In this document: positions 1 through 12,177 of the stretch, piece by piece
How positions within the stretch are numbered: position 1 is the first letter of the stretch
Layout of the letters: every line of letters begins with the position of its first letter
Assembly: GCA_963841555.1 (NCBI GenBank)
Contig: CAWJDL010000001.1
Location: forward strand, 13,979-77,978
From: an uncultured Actinomycetota bacterium
Lineage (GTDB): Bacteria > Actinomycetota > Actinomycetes > Mycobacteriales > Mycobacteriaceae
Length of the DNA: 64,000 nt
Direction of reading: 5' to 3'
Position numbers and translations under genes: made by a program
The notes under the pieces: model-generated
Told to the model about the DNA's origin: nothing
Seen by the model: the letters and a program-made list of their open reading frames with translations, nothing else
The model's database searches: none

Positions 1-276
1 CACCTCACCGGCGGGCAGCAGCCGCGCCGCCTTGAGGTCCAGCAGGGTCGCGGCGACGACGAGGAACGCTGTCGTCTCGTCGAGCTCCATCAGCGGCCCG
101 ATCGCCTTGGTGTACGCGATGAAGTCGTCGGTCACCTGATGCAGCGCCACCTCGGTGACGTCGAGGCGGTGCCCGAAGATCAGCTGCAGCAGCAGATCGA
201 ACGGCCCCTCGAAATTGCTCAGCCGGACCTGGAAGCCGCTCTGTTGGGTCTGCTCCGGCTGGGTCTCTGTGTTCAC
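1..276 (-). CDS. scpA: Segregation/condensation protein A (5' part, truncated by window edge)
   Basis: Manual translation from GTG at 276 gives ...GFQVRLSNFEGPFDLLLQLIFGHRLDVTEVALHQVTDDFIAY, the ScpA N-terminal motif. The start overlaps the parA stop (GTGA). Confidence 0.92.
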   Translation of the reverse strand, partial: MNTETQPEQTQQSGFQVRLSNFEGPFDLLLQLIFGHRLDVTEVALHQVTDDFIAYTKAIGPLMELDETTAFLVVAATLLDLKAARLLPAGEV

Positions 277-1133
277 GCGCCGAACCGGTCGATGACCTCG
301 CGCGCCAACGACCGATATGCCTCTGCCCCACCGGATTTGGGCGCCCAGGTAGTGATTGGCTCGCCGGCGACGGTGGTCTCCGGGAAGCGCACCGTGCGCG
401 TGATCACGGTGTCGAACACCAAGTCGCCGAACCTCTCAAGGACGCGGGCCATCACTTCGCGGGAGTTGACGGTGCGCGGGTCGTATCGCGTGATCAGGAT
501 GCCGCTGATGGATAGCTTCGGGTTCAGCCGGTCGTGCACCTTCTCGACGGTATCGGTCAGCAACGCAAGGCCGCGCAGCGAGAAGTATTCGCACTCGGTC
601 GGGATGATCACGCCGTCGCTACATGCCAACCCGTTGACAGTGAGCAGACCCAGGGACGGCTGGCAATCGATCAGCACGTAGTCGTAGCGGTCCAGCACCG
701 GGTACAGCGAGCGGGCCAGCGCCTGCTCGCGCCCCACCTCGTTGACCAACTGGATCTCGGCGGCCGATAGATCGATGTTGCTCGGCACCAGGTCCATGCC
801 CGAAACCCGGGTGTGGATCAGCACGTCCTCAATCGACACCCGTGGCTCGATCAGCAGGTTGTGCACCGTGTGCTCGAGTTCATAGTGCGGCACCCCCAGT
901 CCCGCGGACAGCGCACCCTGCGGGTCGAGGTCCACCAGCAGCACCCTGCGGCCGAACTCGGCCAGGCTGGCGCCCAAATTGATGGTCGACGTCGTCTTTC
1001 CGACGCCGCCCTTCTGGTTGCACATCGCGATGACCTTGGCGGGGCCGTGCACGTTCTTAGGCTTGGGCTCGGGAATGGTCCGCGGTGGTCGGCCCGTCAG
1101 ACCCAGTTCGGCGCCGCCCCCTTCGTCGGTCAT
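273..1133 (-). CDS. ParA/Soj family ATPase (Rv1708-like)
   Basis: Deviant Walker A NQKGGVGKTT and LIDCQPSLGLL motifs. ATG at 1133 chosen as start. Confidence 0.93.
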   Translation of the reverse strand: MTDEGGGAELGLTGRPPRTIPEPKPKNVHGPAKVIAMCNQKGGVGKTTSTINLGASLAEFGRRVLLVDLDPQGALSAGLGVPHYELEHTVHNLLIEPRVSIEDVLIHTRVSGMDLVPSNIDLSAAEIQLVNEVGREQALARSLYPVLDRYDYVLIDCQPSLGLLTVNGLACSDGVIIPTECEYFSLRGLALLTDTVEKVHDRLNPKLSISGILITRYDPRTVNSREVMARVLERFGDLVFDTVITRTVRFPETTVAGEPITTWAPKSGGAEAYRSLAREVIDRFGA

Positions 1134-1272
1134 GCCCGACCGTCGCTGGTCCCGCACCCCACAGGCATTCCGAACATCCGGGCAAGTTTAACGGGGCGCA
1201 CCTGCCTGGTCTGGCAGACCCGCGGGCAACGTGGATCCCAATCGACCTGTCCGCCCGAATAGGCTGGCGAAC

Positions 1273-2025
1273 ATGACTCTCAAGCAGCGGGTGCCGTTCC
1301 TGCGCTGGTCGTTTTGGCGGCTCGCGATCGGAGCTCGCAACATCACCAAGACCGGCCAGATCGGCGACGGGCGAGAGGCAGCGGCGGCGGACTATGTGGT
1401 GGCCAACGCACGGCAAGGCGATATCGATGACGTGATCGCCAAGGTGGACCAGTTCGCGTATGAGAAGTCGTTCTTGATCAACGTCGGGGACGAGAAGGGC
1501 GAGCTGCTCGACGCCGCCGTCCGCCGCGCCCACCCCGGCGTGGCGCTGGAGCTGGGCACCTACTGCGGCTACGGCTCGCTGCGGATCGCCCGGGCAGCAC
1601 CGTCAGCCAAGGTGTTCTCCGTCGAGCTCGCGGAAGCCAACGCCGACGTGGCGCGGCGCATCTGGGCGCACGCCGGCGTCGACGACCGAGTCACCTGCGT
1701 GGTCGGCACCATCGGTGACGGCGGCCGAACACTCGACGCGCTTGCCGCGGAGCACGGCTTCGCCGCCGGGAAGCTCGACTTCCTGTTCATCGACCACGAC
1801 AAGGGCGCCTACCTTCCCGACCTGCAGAGCCTCCTGGACCGTGGCTGGCTGCACCGCGGATCCATCGTGGTCGCCGATAACATCCTCATTCCGGGCTCGC
1901 CGAAGTACCGCGAATTCATGAAGCAGCAGCAGGGCAAGCTCTTCGACACGGTCGAGCACAAGACGCACGGCGAGTATCAGACACTGGTGCCCGATATCGT
2001 GCTGGAGTCGGAGCTTCTCGGCTAG
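1273..2025 (+). CDS. Catechol O-methyltransferase-like SAM-dependent methyltransferase (Rv1703c-like)
   Basis: Motifs INVGDEKG, LELGTYCGYG, FLFIDHDK, VVADN. Confidence 0.88.
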   Translation: MTLKQRVPFLRWSFWRLAIGARNITKTGQIGDGREAAAADYVVANARQGDIDDVIAKVDQFAYEKSFLINVGDEKGELLDAAVRRAHPGVALELGTYCGYGSLRIARAAPSAKVFSVELAEANADVARRIWAHAGVDDRVTCVVGTIGDGGRTLDALAAEHGFAAGKLDFLFIDHDKGAYLPDLQSLLDRGWLHRGSIVVADNILIPGSPKYREFMKQQQGKLFDTVEHKTHGEYQTLVPDIVLESELLG

Positions 2026-3151
2026 CCCAGTTCGCGCTTGATCCGCTTGGCGATCCGCTTGGACTGCTTGGCCATGTATCCGATGAGGGACGGCCGGGAG
2101 ACGAACCCGAGGAATCGCAGACCCCGTGCGGCGGGCTTGTCGCCCTGGACGACCGGCTTGCCGTTGGCGTCGAGCACACCGAGGTGGCCGACCAGGGGTT
2201 CCAGGTTGCGCAGGTAGCCGGTCGCGCAGATGACGACATCCGGATCCACCCGCGTGCCGTCGACCAGCGCCACCTTGTCGCCGTCAAACGACGCGACCGT
2301 GCTGACCACGTCGATGGATCGATCCCGGATCGCATCGATGACGTCCATGTCGACCAGCGCAGGCACTTTGTCGATGCGTGTGACCGCGGCGAACACGCCC
2401 TCCTCGGGAATCGGTAATCCGAATTCGGTGAGATCTCCCAGATTTGCCCGCCGTCCCGCCCGACCGATCGCGTCGGCGATGCCGATCGGCAAGTGATAGA
2501 GGGGTACTGCGATCACATCGGCGGATAGTCCACCCGGGGCAGACCGCAACATGATGTTTGGCGGCGTGCGCACCGCCAGCCAGGCCTTGGCCGCCCCGCC
2601 TGTCGCGAGGTCGTGCACAATCTCCATCCCTGACGAGCCGCAGCCGACAACCAGCGCCTTCTTGCCCTGGTACGGGCCTGGATTGCGGTACTCAGCGGAA
2701 TGCAGCAGCTCGCCGGTGAACGCTTCAATTCCCGGCCACTCGGGAACGGTCGGCGTGTGCTGATTCCCGGTGGCGACGACGACCTGACTTGCATCGATAT
2801 CGCCGGCGGATGTTCGCAGGCGCCAGCCGCCCGGCTGTCGGTCGATGCGATTCACCGTGGTGGCAAGCCGTAGTTCAATCCCGTCCTCGTGGGCATGCCG
2901 GTCGAGATGGGCCACCACCTCGTCGCGGCTCGGGAACATCGGGGTGCCCTTCGGGTACCGGCGATTCGGCAGGTGCGAGAACGGCCTGCCGGTGTTCAGC
3001 TTCAGCCGGTCGTAGCGACCCCGCCACGATGAGCCGACGTCGTCGGCCCCGTCTATCAACAATGGGCGCACGCCCCGCAGTCACGCAAGCTGAGCGCCAC
3101 CGAGACGCCGGCCGGGCCTGCACCGATCACCGCAACTTGATACTCGCTCAT
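2022..3151 (-). CDS. Flavin-containing monooxygenase (FMO/TrkA-like), frameshifted near 3073-3076
   Basis: The N-terminus MSEYQVAVIGAGPAG (ATG 3151) is out of frame with the body (WRGRYDRL, LHSAEYRNP, VVGCGSSG, ATGY). Adding one base in a G run gives 376 aa. Confidence 0.85.
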
Positions 3152-3403
3152 ACTCGACTCCAACGATCGAGGGCGCCCGACCGTTCAGCGCGCTGACCGA
3201 CTTGCCTGCGCCAGTCGTCGCACCCTTCGCAGCAAAATCACAGCAACAATTTGCGTGATCGCTGATAGATAGGCCAGCTATTTCTAAGCAATGCTCATTA
3301 CATTCATATCGACGGGAGTTCACGTCGATGGCAATTTGTTGGGGAATTTCATACTCCTCCCACTTTTAGGACACAGCTATCAATATTGGGCTACCCTGGA
3401 CGG

Positions 3404-3715
3404 GTGCCCCGCACAGACGAAAATGGGCGGCGGCTGCGGGCGCTGCTCGACTATCTGCTGGATGGTCAACTGCGAACCCAGCAGATCCATCGAGCGCTGG
3501 GCATCTCCAGCAGCTCCTACTATCGCCGCGTTAGGGAAGACGACTACCCGAACGCCGACGAGTTGCACAAGATTGCCAACAGATTCAGCCTCAGCTTCGC
3601 TGACCTTCAGCTCCGTCTTGGATTCGTGACTCGCGAAGATTTGGAGGAAGTCCTTGCGGCTATCGCGCCCGAGGATGGGCGCCGGCCCATACCTCGCGCA
3701 GCGCGTGGACGGTGA
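3404..3715 (+). CDS. Putative XRE-like HTH transcriptional regulator
   Basis: GTG start gives [21 protein letters not shown]...[15 protein letters not shown]...YPNADEL, with an HTH-like segment. TACCCT -10 element lies 6 nt upstream (leaderless). Confidence 0.7.
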   Translation: MPRTDENGRRLRALLDYLLDGQLRTQQIHRALGISSSSYYRRVREDDYPNADELHKIANRFSLSFADLQLRLGFVTREDLEEVLAAIAPEDGRRPIPRAARGR

Positions 3716-4639
3716 CCATGGTGTAGATCTGCGTCGTCGTCACCGATGCGTGGCCGAGCAGCTCCTGCACGACGCGGACGTCGGCGCCGCCGTCAAGCAG
3801 ATGCGTGGCGAACGAATGCCGCAGCACGTGCGGCGACACCGCCGCTTTGATGCCGGCCCGTTCGGCGGAGTCCTGCAACACCTGCCACGCGCTCTGCCGC
3901 GACAGGCGCCCGCCGCGGGCATTGAGGAAGATCGCCGGCGTGCCGCGGCCGCGGCGGGCCAGGTCGGGACGGCCGCGCACCAGGTAGACATCGAGCGCGG
4001 TGACGGCGGGCCGGCCGACGGGCACCAGCCGCTGCTTACCGCCCTTGCCACGAAGCAGCACCGACCGGGCGTGGGTGTCGATGTCGTCAACATCGAGCCC
4101 GACCGCCTCAGAGATCCGAGCGCCGGTCGAATACAACAACTCCAGCAGGGCGCGGTTGCGCAGGGTCAGCGGACCGTCGGCCTCGCTGTCGCCGCCGGCG
4201 CCCTCGAGCAGGGCCAGCACCTCGTCGATCGTCAGGCTCTTGGGCAACCGCCGACTCGGAGTCGGCGGCTTGACCGCCTGCGCGACGTCGATCTCGGTTA
4301 GCCCCTCGGACACCGCGAAGCGATGTAGTCCCCGCACGGCGACCACCGCGCGGGCCGCAGACACCGCAGACAGCGGCATGGTCTTGGTGTCGGGGTCCCC
4401 GCGCCGCAGCGACACGAGGAATTCGCTGACGTCGGTCTCGGTGACCTTGGCCAGATCGTCGATGCCGCGCTCCGCCAGGTGCTCGGCATAGCGGCGCAGG
4501 TCGCGGCGATAGGAGCTCAACGTGTTGACGGCCACGCCGCGCTCGATGGTCAAGTGGTCGAGGTAACCCTGCAGCTGGTCGTCGAGAACAGTCCGGAAGG
4601 CCGATGAGCCGCTTGCGCGAAGAGCAGGCGACGCCGTCA

Positions 4640-4640
<1 letters not shown>
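3660..4640 (-). CDS. xerD: Site-specific tyrosine recombinase XerD
   Basis: Motifs [42 protein letters not shown]. Syntenic with nudix-pyrG. Confidence 0.95.
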
Positions 4641-7049
<2,409 letters not shown>

Positions 7050-7139
7050 CTAGGCTGATTCCTAGTTTGGGGCCTGCCGACCCACGGAACCCCACCCTAA
7101 CACCGACACCGACAAGTCGTCGCTGACACGCCATTGGGT

Positions 7140-7166
7140 GGGCCCACTCGCGTGCTGGGTGGGCCC
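7140..7166 (-). terminator. Hairpin downstream of mctB (possible terminator)
   Basis: GGGCCCAC (7140-7147) and GTGGGCCC (7159-7166) form an inverted repeat 16 nt after the stop. No U-tract. Confidence 0.35.
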
Positions 7167-7181
7167 CCGCGTGCCACGGGA

Positions 7182-8123
7182 CTATTGCGGCAGCGTTACC
7201 GATGACGCGCCCTGGCCGACGCCGTACTGACCGGGCCGCCCGCCGTTGATCAGGTCGCTCAGGGCCAGCGCCGTGGTCATCCTGCCGGACTCGGCGTCGA
7301 CGTCGTCTACAGTGCTGACCGCGGCTCTCAACCCGGCGTCGGACCTGGTCACGGCCACCGCTGCGGTGCCGGATGCGGAGCCGTCGCGCCCTGCGACGAC
7401 CGTGCCCGAGCCATGCGGGGCCAGGCCGGCCGCGAACCGGGCGACGGTCGCACCCTGATTGCCTGCGCCGTCGCTCAATCCCCCGCCGGTGACGATCAGC
7501 GCAGTGTTGGCGGGCCCGATGTGCTGGGTGCCATACGTCACGAAGCCGGTGTCGCGTAGCGCCGCCAGCACGGTGTCGCGCTGGGCATCGTCGACCACCT
7601 GAACCTTCGGATCCTTGTTGATCAGCAGGGCGATTCCCAACAGATCGCCGGCTTGGGATCCCTGATCGACCGACGTGGTGTTCAACTGCGCCCCCGCGGG
7701 CACGATCGGCGAGTTCACCACCGACAACAGCTTCTCCGCGGAGTTGGCGTCCACGAACTCCTGGGTCAACGCCACGGTCCCGGTGACCGTTCCGCCGGCC
7801 TGCCCCACCATCCGAGACATGGCGTCGACGTCGTCGTCGTTGGCGTCGGGGGTGCGGAACACCACCACCGACTTACCGGCCAGCGCGTCATGCAGGATTC
7901 GCGGCGACATCTGCGCATCGAATTCACCTGCGGCGTTGAGCTTTTCGTTCAGCGCATTCTTGTCGTCGGTGAGCGTGTTGATCTTGTTCTGCAAGTCCTG
8001 CTTGTCATCGCGCAGACCGGACAGCAGCGTGTTGGACAGCAGGCCCGAACCAAGCGCCACCCCGATGGCGAGCGCAAGGAACACCGCCGCGAGTGAAATC
8101 GCGTGTGTGCGTAGGGAAATCAC
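7182..8123 (-). CDS. mctB: MctB/SteB family protein (Rv1698-like)
   Basis: N-terminus MISLRTHAISLAAVFLALAIGVALGSG plus coiled coil. Follows steA. Confidence 0.9.
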   Translation of the reverse strand: MISLRTHAISLAAVFLALAIGVALGSGLLSNTLLSGLRDDKQDLQNKINTLTDDKNALNEKLNAAGEFDAQMSPRILHDALAGKSVVVFRTPDANDDDVDAMSRMVGQAGGTVTGTVALTQEFVDANSAEKLLSVVNSPIVPAGAQLNTTSVDQGSQAGDLLGIALLINKDPKVQVVDDAQRDTVLAALRDTGFVTYGTQHIGPANTALIVTGGGLSDGAGNQGATVARFAAGLAPHGSGTVVAGRDGSASGTAAVAVTRSDAGLRAAVSTVDDVDAESGRMTTALALSDLINGGRPGQYGVGQGASSVTLPQ

Positions 8124-8136
8124 GCGACCGACCCCC

Positions 8137-9321
8137 TTAGGTGACCCAGCCCTGGACCCACAACGAGAACCGGTTCCAGTAGTCGACGATCCAGTCCAGG
8201 AACGCCACGTCGGCGCGCGACACCCACAGCGCGACGATCACCGCAATCAGCATGGCGAGCACCAGCAGCGCGATGGCCCCTCCGGACACCCGGCTGCGGT
8301 ACAACGTGGCAACTGCCTTGGCGTCGACCAGTTTGTCGCCGACCTTGAGCCGGGTCAGGAAGGTCGACGGATTGCTGCGCTGGCGTGACCGGTCGAAGAA
8401 CTCCTCGATGCTGGCCGTGTGACCCACGGTGACGATCAGCGACGCGCCGTGGTGATCACACAGCAGCAGTGCCAGATCGGCGGCCGAGCCTGCGGCGGGG
8501 AACGTCATCGCTCCGACGCCCAGATCCTGGATCCGCTCGAGGCCCGCCGCGTGACCGTCGGCGTCAGCCGGCAGCACCACCTGGGCCCCGCATCTCAACG
8601 TTTCGGCGCTGATTCGGTCGGGGTCCCCGACGATGAGCTGCGGCCGATACCCGGCCTTGCGCAACACATCGGCACCGGCGCCGACGCCGACCAGGACGGG
8701 TTGGTACTCCTTCATGAACGGCTTGAGCGCCTTCAGGTCGGCGGCGGCGTTGAGTTCCTCGGCGACGATGACGACGTGTCGGCGGTTGACGTCGATGTCG
8801 ATGTCAGGGATGCCGATTCCGTCGATAAGCAGCGGGCTCTCACTTCTGATGAATTCGATCGTGTTTCCGGCGAACGCCTCGAGGTGAGCCACGAGGCCGC
8901 TCTTGGCCTCGTGCATCAACTCGTGGATCTCGTGATCGGTGCGCTCGGTGCCCAGGACCAGCCGGCGGTCGCCGGAGTACACGCCGCCCTCGTGGAGCCG
9001 CACGCGTGCACCGTCCTTGACCTTCTTGAAGACCTCGGGGCCGGTCTCGTCGATCAGCGTGACGCCGTTGGTGACGAGCACCTCGGGCCCGAGGTTGGGG
9101 TAGCGGCCGGAGATCGACGGCGACGCGTTGACGACCGCGGCGACGTCGGCCTCGACGAGCGCGTCCGCGGTGATCCGGTCCAAGTCCAGAGCGTCGATGA
9201 CGACGATGTCGCCGGGGGCGACCCGCCTCAGCAGCCGTTCGATGTCGCGGTCAACCCGGGCGGTGCCGGTGATGCCCGGCCGTGAGTTGGCAGTACGGGA
9301 TAGCAGCGCTGACATCTTCAT
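8137..9321 (-). CDS. steA: SteA family putative cytokinetic ring protein (Rv1697-like)
   Basis: MKMSALLSR..., GRYPNLGP, C-terminal TM segment, synteny. Confidence 0.88.
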   Translation of the reverse strand: MKMSALLSRTANSRPGITGTARVDRDIERLLRRVAPGDIVVIDALDLDRITADALVEADVAAVVNASPSISGRYPNLGPEVLVTNGVTLIDETGPEVFKKVKDGARVRLHEGGVYSGDRRLVLGTERTDHEIHELMHEAKSGLVAHLEAFAGNTIEFIRSESPLLIDGIGIPDIDIDVNRRHVVIVAEELNAAADLKALKPFMKEYQPVLVGVGAGADVLRKAGYRPQLIVGDPDRISAETLRCGAQVVLPADADGHAAGLERIQDLGVGAMTFPAAGSAADLALLLCDHHGASLIVTVGHTASIEEFFDRSRQRSNPSTFLTRLKVGDKLVDAKAVATLYRSRVSGGAIALLVLAMLIAVIVALWVSRADVAFLDWIVDYWNRFSLWVQGWVT

Positions 9322-9421
9322 GAGGTCGATTCTGTCGAGGAACGGCAGCTGGCGCAGGGAGGCGCGCCGTAACATCAGCCCCAGAAGCACCTTTTGTCAC
9401 ATCTGCAACACTCTGCGGATA

Positions 9422-9805
9422 TCAATTCTGATACGCCTCGAACAACTCAACCAGGTTGCCGGACGGATCAATGGCCAGGGCCTGCTTACCGCCCCTGCCG
9501 GTGATCGTGTCGCCGCGGAAGTCGACGCCGGCCTGCCGCAGTTCGGCCACCGTGGTGTCCAGATCGTCGACTTGGACTTGAAATCGATTCCACCCACCGG
9601 GTTCTGGCTTCGATCCATCGGCCAACTGTTGGCCAGCTCCACCTCCGCCGCCCGGCACGTTCAGTAGCAACCGGAGGTCGCCCCTGCGAAGCATCGCAAA
9701 CCCGGGGCCGGGCTTCATCGACACCTCGAATTGAAGGTGGTTCGTGTAGAAGTCCACTGCCGCATCCACATCGTCGACGATGTAGCGAACGCTGATTTCA
9801 GTCAT
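9422..9805 (-). CDS. VOC/glyoxalase family protein
   Basis: VRYIVDDVDAAVDFYT...DPSGNLVELFE. RBS AGGAGG upstream. Confidence 0.88.
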   Translation of the reverse strand: MTEISVRYIVDDVDAAVDFYTNHLQFEVSMKPGPGFAMLRRGDLRLLLNVPGGGGGAGQQLADGSKPEPGGWNRFQVQVDDLDTTVAELRQAGVDFRGDTITGRGGKQALAIDPSGNLVELFEAYQN

Positions 9806-9836
9806 CATTGCACCTCCTGGCAGTTATGATACAGAA

Positions 9837-10415
9837 GTGTCCTACATCTTGCAGCCGTCGGATCCACGCGTCGAGCACTCTCGGCGCGTGATCTGCAGCG
9901 CCGCCTTGAAGGAGTTCGCCGAGACGGGCTACAGCGGCTTCCGGATGGAGTCGGTCGCGGCCCGCGCCGGCGTCGGGCGAAGCACCGTGTACCGGCATTG
10001 GCCGAACAAGGCTGCGCTGATCGCCGACGCCCTGGAGACCCTCAACACGCAGCCGGATCCCGCCCGCGATCTCGTTGAGGGCAACGCGCGCCAGCGGGTC
10101 GAGCTGATACTGAACCACCTTGCCGAGGTGCTGGGTGACTCCCCGCTATCGGCCTGCGTGCCCGCGTTGGTCCACGCCGCCGAGACCGAACCCGCCGTGC
10201 GCGACTTCCACCACACCTACTCGGCACGACGTCGTCAGCGGTTGACCAACACGATCGCGGCGGGCGTCGTGGCCGGCGAATTGCCTGCCCGCATCGACCC
10301 GGACGCGGCATCCGTCGCACTTGCCGGCGCGATGTTCTACCGGCGGTTGATGACCGCGAATGCGCCCGACGCCGACTTCATCGCGCGACTCGTCGACACT
10401 GTGCTCGGCGCCTGA
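9837..10415 (+). CDS. TetR family regulator with TetR_C domain
   Basis: HTH MESVAARAGVGRSTVYRHW. TATGAT -10 at 9825-9830 lies 6 nt before GTG (leaderless). Confidence 0.9.
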   Translation: MSYILQPSDPRVEHSRRVICSAALKEFAETGYSGFRMESVAARAGVGRSTVYRHWPNKAALIADALETLNTQPDPARDLVEGNARQRVELILNHLAEVLGDSPLSACVPALVHAAETEPAVRDFHHTYSARRRQRLTNTIAAGVVAGELPARIDPDAASVALAGAMFYRRLMTANAPDADFIARLVDTVLGA

Positions 10416-10416
10416 C

Positions 10417-12177
10417 TCACTCCCCGCGGTCGCTTTGCGCTGCATCGAGCAGTTCGCGGGCGTGCGCCCGGCCACTGTCGGACTCCCCCAGTCCGGCCAG
10501 CATGCGTGCCAATTCGGCGACACGATCGTCGTCGTCGAGGCGGCGCACCCCGCTGGACTTGTCCCTGCCGCCGCTGTCGACGACCAGGTGGACGTCGGCG
10601 TAGGCGGCGACCTGCGGCAGGTGGGTGACCACGATGACCTGGTGGGTGCGGGCCAGTCGGGCCAGCCGCCGCCCGATCTGCACCGCGGCGCGACCGCCCA
10701 CCCCGGCGTCGACCTCGTCGAAGACCATCGTGGTGCCCTCGGCCGACGCCGCCAGGACCACCTCCAGCGCCAACATGACCCGGGAGAGCTCACCGCCCGA
10801 GGCGCTCTTGCTCAGAGGCAGTACGTCGGTACCCCGGTGTGCGGCGAACCCGAACTCGACGGCGTCGACACCGTCGTGCCCGGCGTGGACGGTCACACCT
10901 GACGGCAGCGTGAGCGGCGCGGAGTCATCCGCGCGGGCCGGGATCGTGGCGACCGAGACGGTGAACTCGGCATCGGCCATGGCGAGGCCGGCCAGTTCGG
11001 CGGTCACCGCCTTCGCGAGGCCTTTGGCGGCCTTGGTCCGTGCCTTGGTGAGTTCGGTTGCGGCGCTGACGACTTTGGCTTCGAGCTCGTCGACACGGCG
11101 CTCGAGATCGGCGAGTGCCTCTTCGGAGACGTCGAGCTGCGCGAGGCGTTCGCGCGACTCGCGAGCCCATTGCAGCACACCGTCGATGTCGGCGGCGTAC
11201 TTGCGGGTCAGCGTACGAAGCTCGCCTTGTCGGGCCAGCTTGGTTTCTAGAGTGCTTGCGTCGCTGGGCAATTCGGTCAGAAAGTCGCCGAGTTCGGTCG
11301 ATACGTCGGTGATGACGGCCAGCGCACCGGCGAGCTGCTCGGCCAGCGCCCGCAGTGCCGAATCATCGGTGGCCTCCAACGTCGACTTCGCGTGCCCGAC
11401 GCCGTCGGCGGCCGACACGGCATCGGCCGACGGGTCGTCGTCCTGTGGGCCGGACAGCGCTGCCCGCGCCGTTTGCGCGGCCTCACGCAGCGCGTCAAGT
11501 TCGGACAGCCGACGGATGTCGTCGACGAGCGCGTCATCCTCGCCGGGTTCCGGTGCGACAGCGTCGATTTCGTTGAGGCCGAACTTGAGCCGGTCGGCCT
11601 CCTGCGCCAGCTCGCGCGCCCGTCGCGTGCGGTCAGCGAGATCGCGGCGGGCCTCGAGCCAGTCGTCGCGCAGCCGCCGATAGCGCTTCAGTTGAGACTC
11701 GATATCGACGAACCGGTCCAGGGCCGCCCGCTGCTCGTCGGGCCGCATCAGCCGTAGTTGGTCGTTCTGACCGTGCAGGGCGAGCAGCTCAGTCGTGAAC
11801 GTGCTCAGCGACTTGGCCGGCACGCTACGTCCGCCGAGGTAGGCCCGCGACGGCCCATCCCTGCTGACGGATCGGGCGGCGATCACGCTGCCGTCGTCGT
11901 CGCGGTCCGCACCGGAGGAATCCAGAAGCTCGTCGATGTGGGCGGCCACGCCGTCGCCGAGCTCCGTTGTGGTGAAACGCCCTTCGACCACGGCACGACC
12001 GGCGCCGGAACGCACCCGGGTGGCGTCGGCGCGGGCACCCCCAAGCAGGTGCAAGCCCGTCACAACCATGGTCTTACCCGTGCCGGTCTCGCCGGTCAGC
12101 ACGGTGAACCCGCGGTCGAATTCGGCGGTCGCGGTGCTGATGGCTCCCAGGGACTCGATACGGATCTCGGCTAGCAC
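10417..12177 (-). CDS. recN: DNA repair protein RecN
   Basis: LTGETGTGKT, ASGGELSRVMLA, FDEVDAGVGG and VTHLPQVAA motifs. Confidence 0.96.
   Translation of the reverse strand: MLAEIRIESLGAISTATAEFDRGFTVLTGETGTGKTMVVTGLHLLGGARADATRVRSGAGRAVVEGRFTTTELGDGVAAHIDELLDSSGADRDDDGSVIAARSVSRDGPSRAYLGGRSVPAKSLSTFTTELLALHGQNDQLRLMRPDEQRAALDRFVDIESQLKRYRRLRDDWLEARRDLADRTRRARELAQEADRLKFGLNEIDAVAPEPGEDDALVDDIRRLSELDALREAAQTARAALSGPQDDDPSADAVSAADGVGHAKSTLEATDDSALRALAEQLAGALAVITDVSTELGDFLTELPSDASTLETKLARQGELRTLTRKYAADIDGVLQWARESRERLAQLDVSEEALADLERRVDELEAKVVSAATELTKARTKAAKGLAKAVTAELAGLAMADAEFTVSVATIPARADDSAPLTLPSGVTVHAGHDGVDAVEFGFAAHRGTDVLPLSKSASGGELSRVMLALEVVLAASAEGTTMVFDEVDAGVGGRAAVQIGRRLARLARTHQVIVVTHLPQVAAYADVHLVVDSGGRDKSSGVRRLDDDDRVAELARMLAGLGESDSGRAHARELLDAAQSDRGE

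Noticed and set aside
3291-3629. Alternative ORFs in the AT-rich patch
   Set aside because: They overlap the better-supported XRE-like frame and have no motifs.
7094-7114. TGTCGG...TAGGGT upstream of pyrG resembling a PafBC promoter
   Set aside because: The spacer is 9 nt rather than 10. More likely an ordinary -10 element with a chance TGTCGG repeat.
7135-7166. TGGGTGGGCCC direct repeat as a CRISPR or REP element
   Set aside because: Only two copies, better explained as one hairpin. No array or cas genes in the window.
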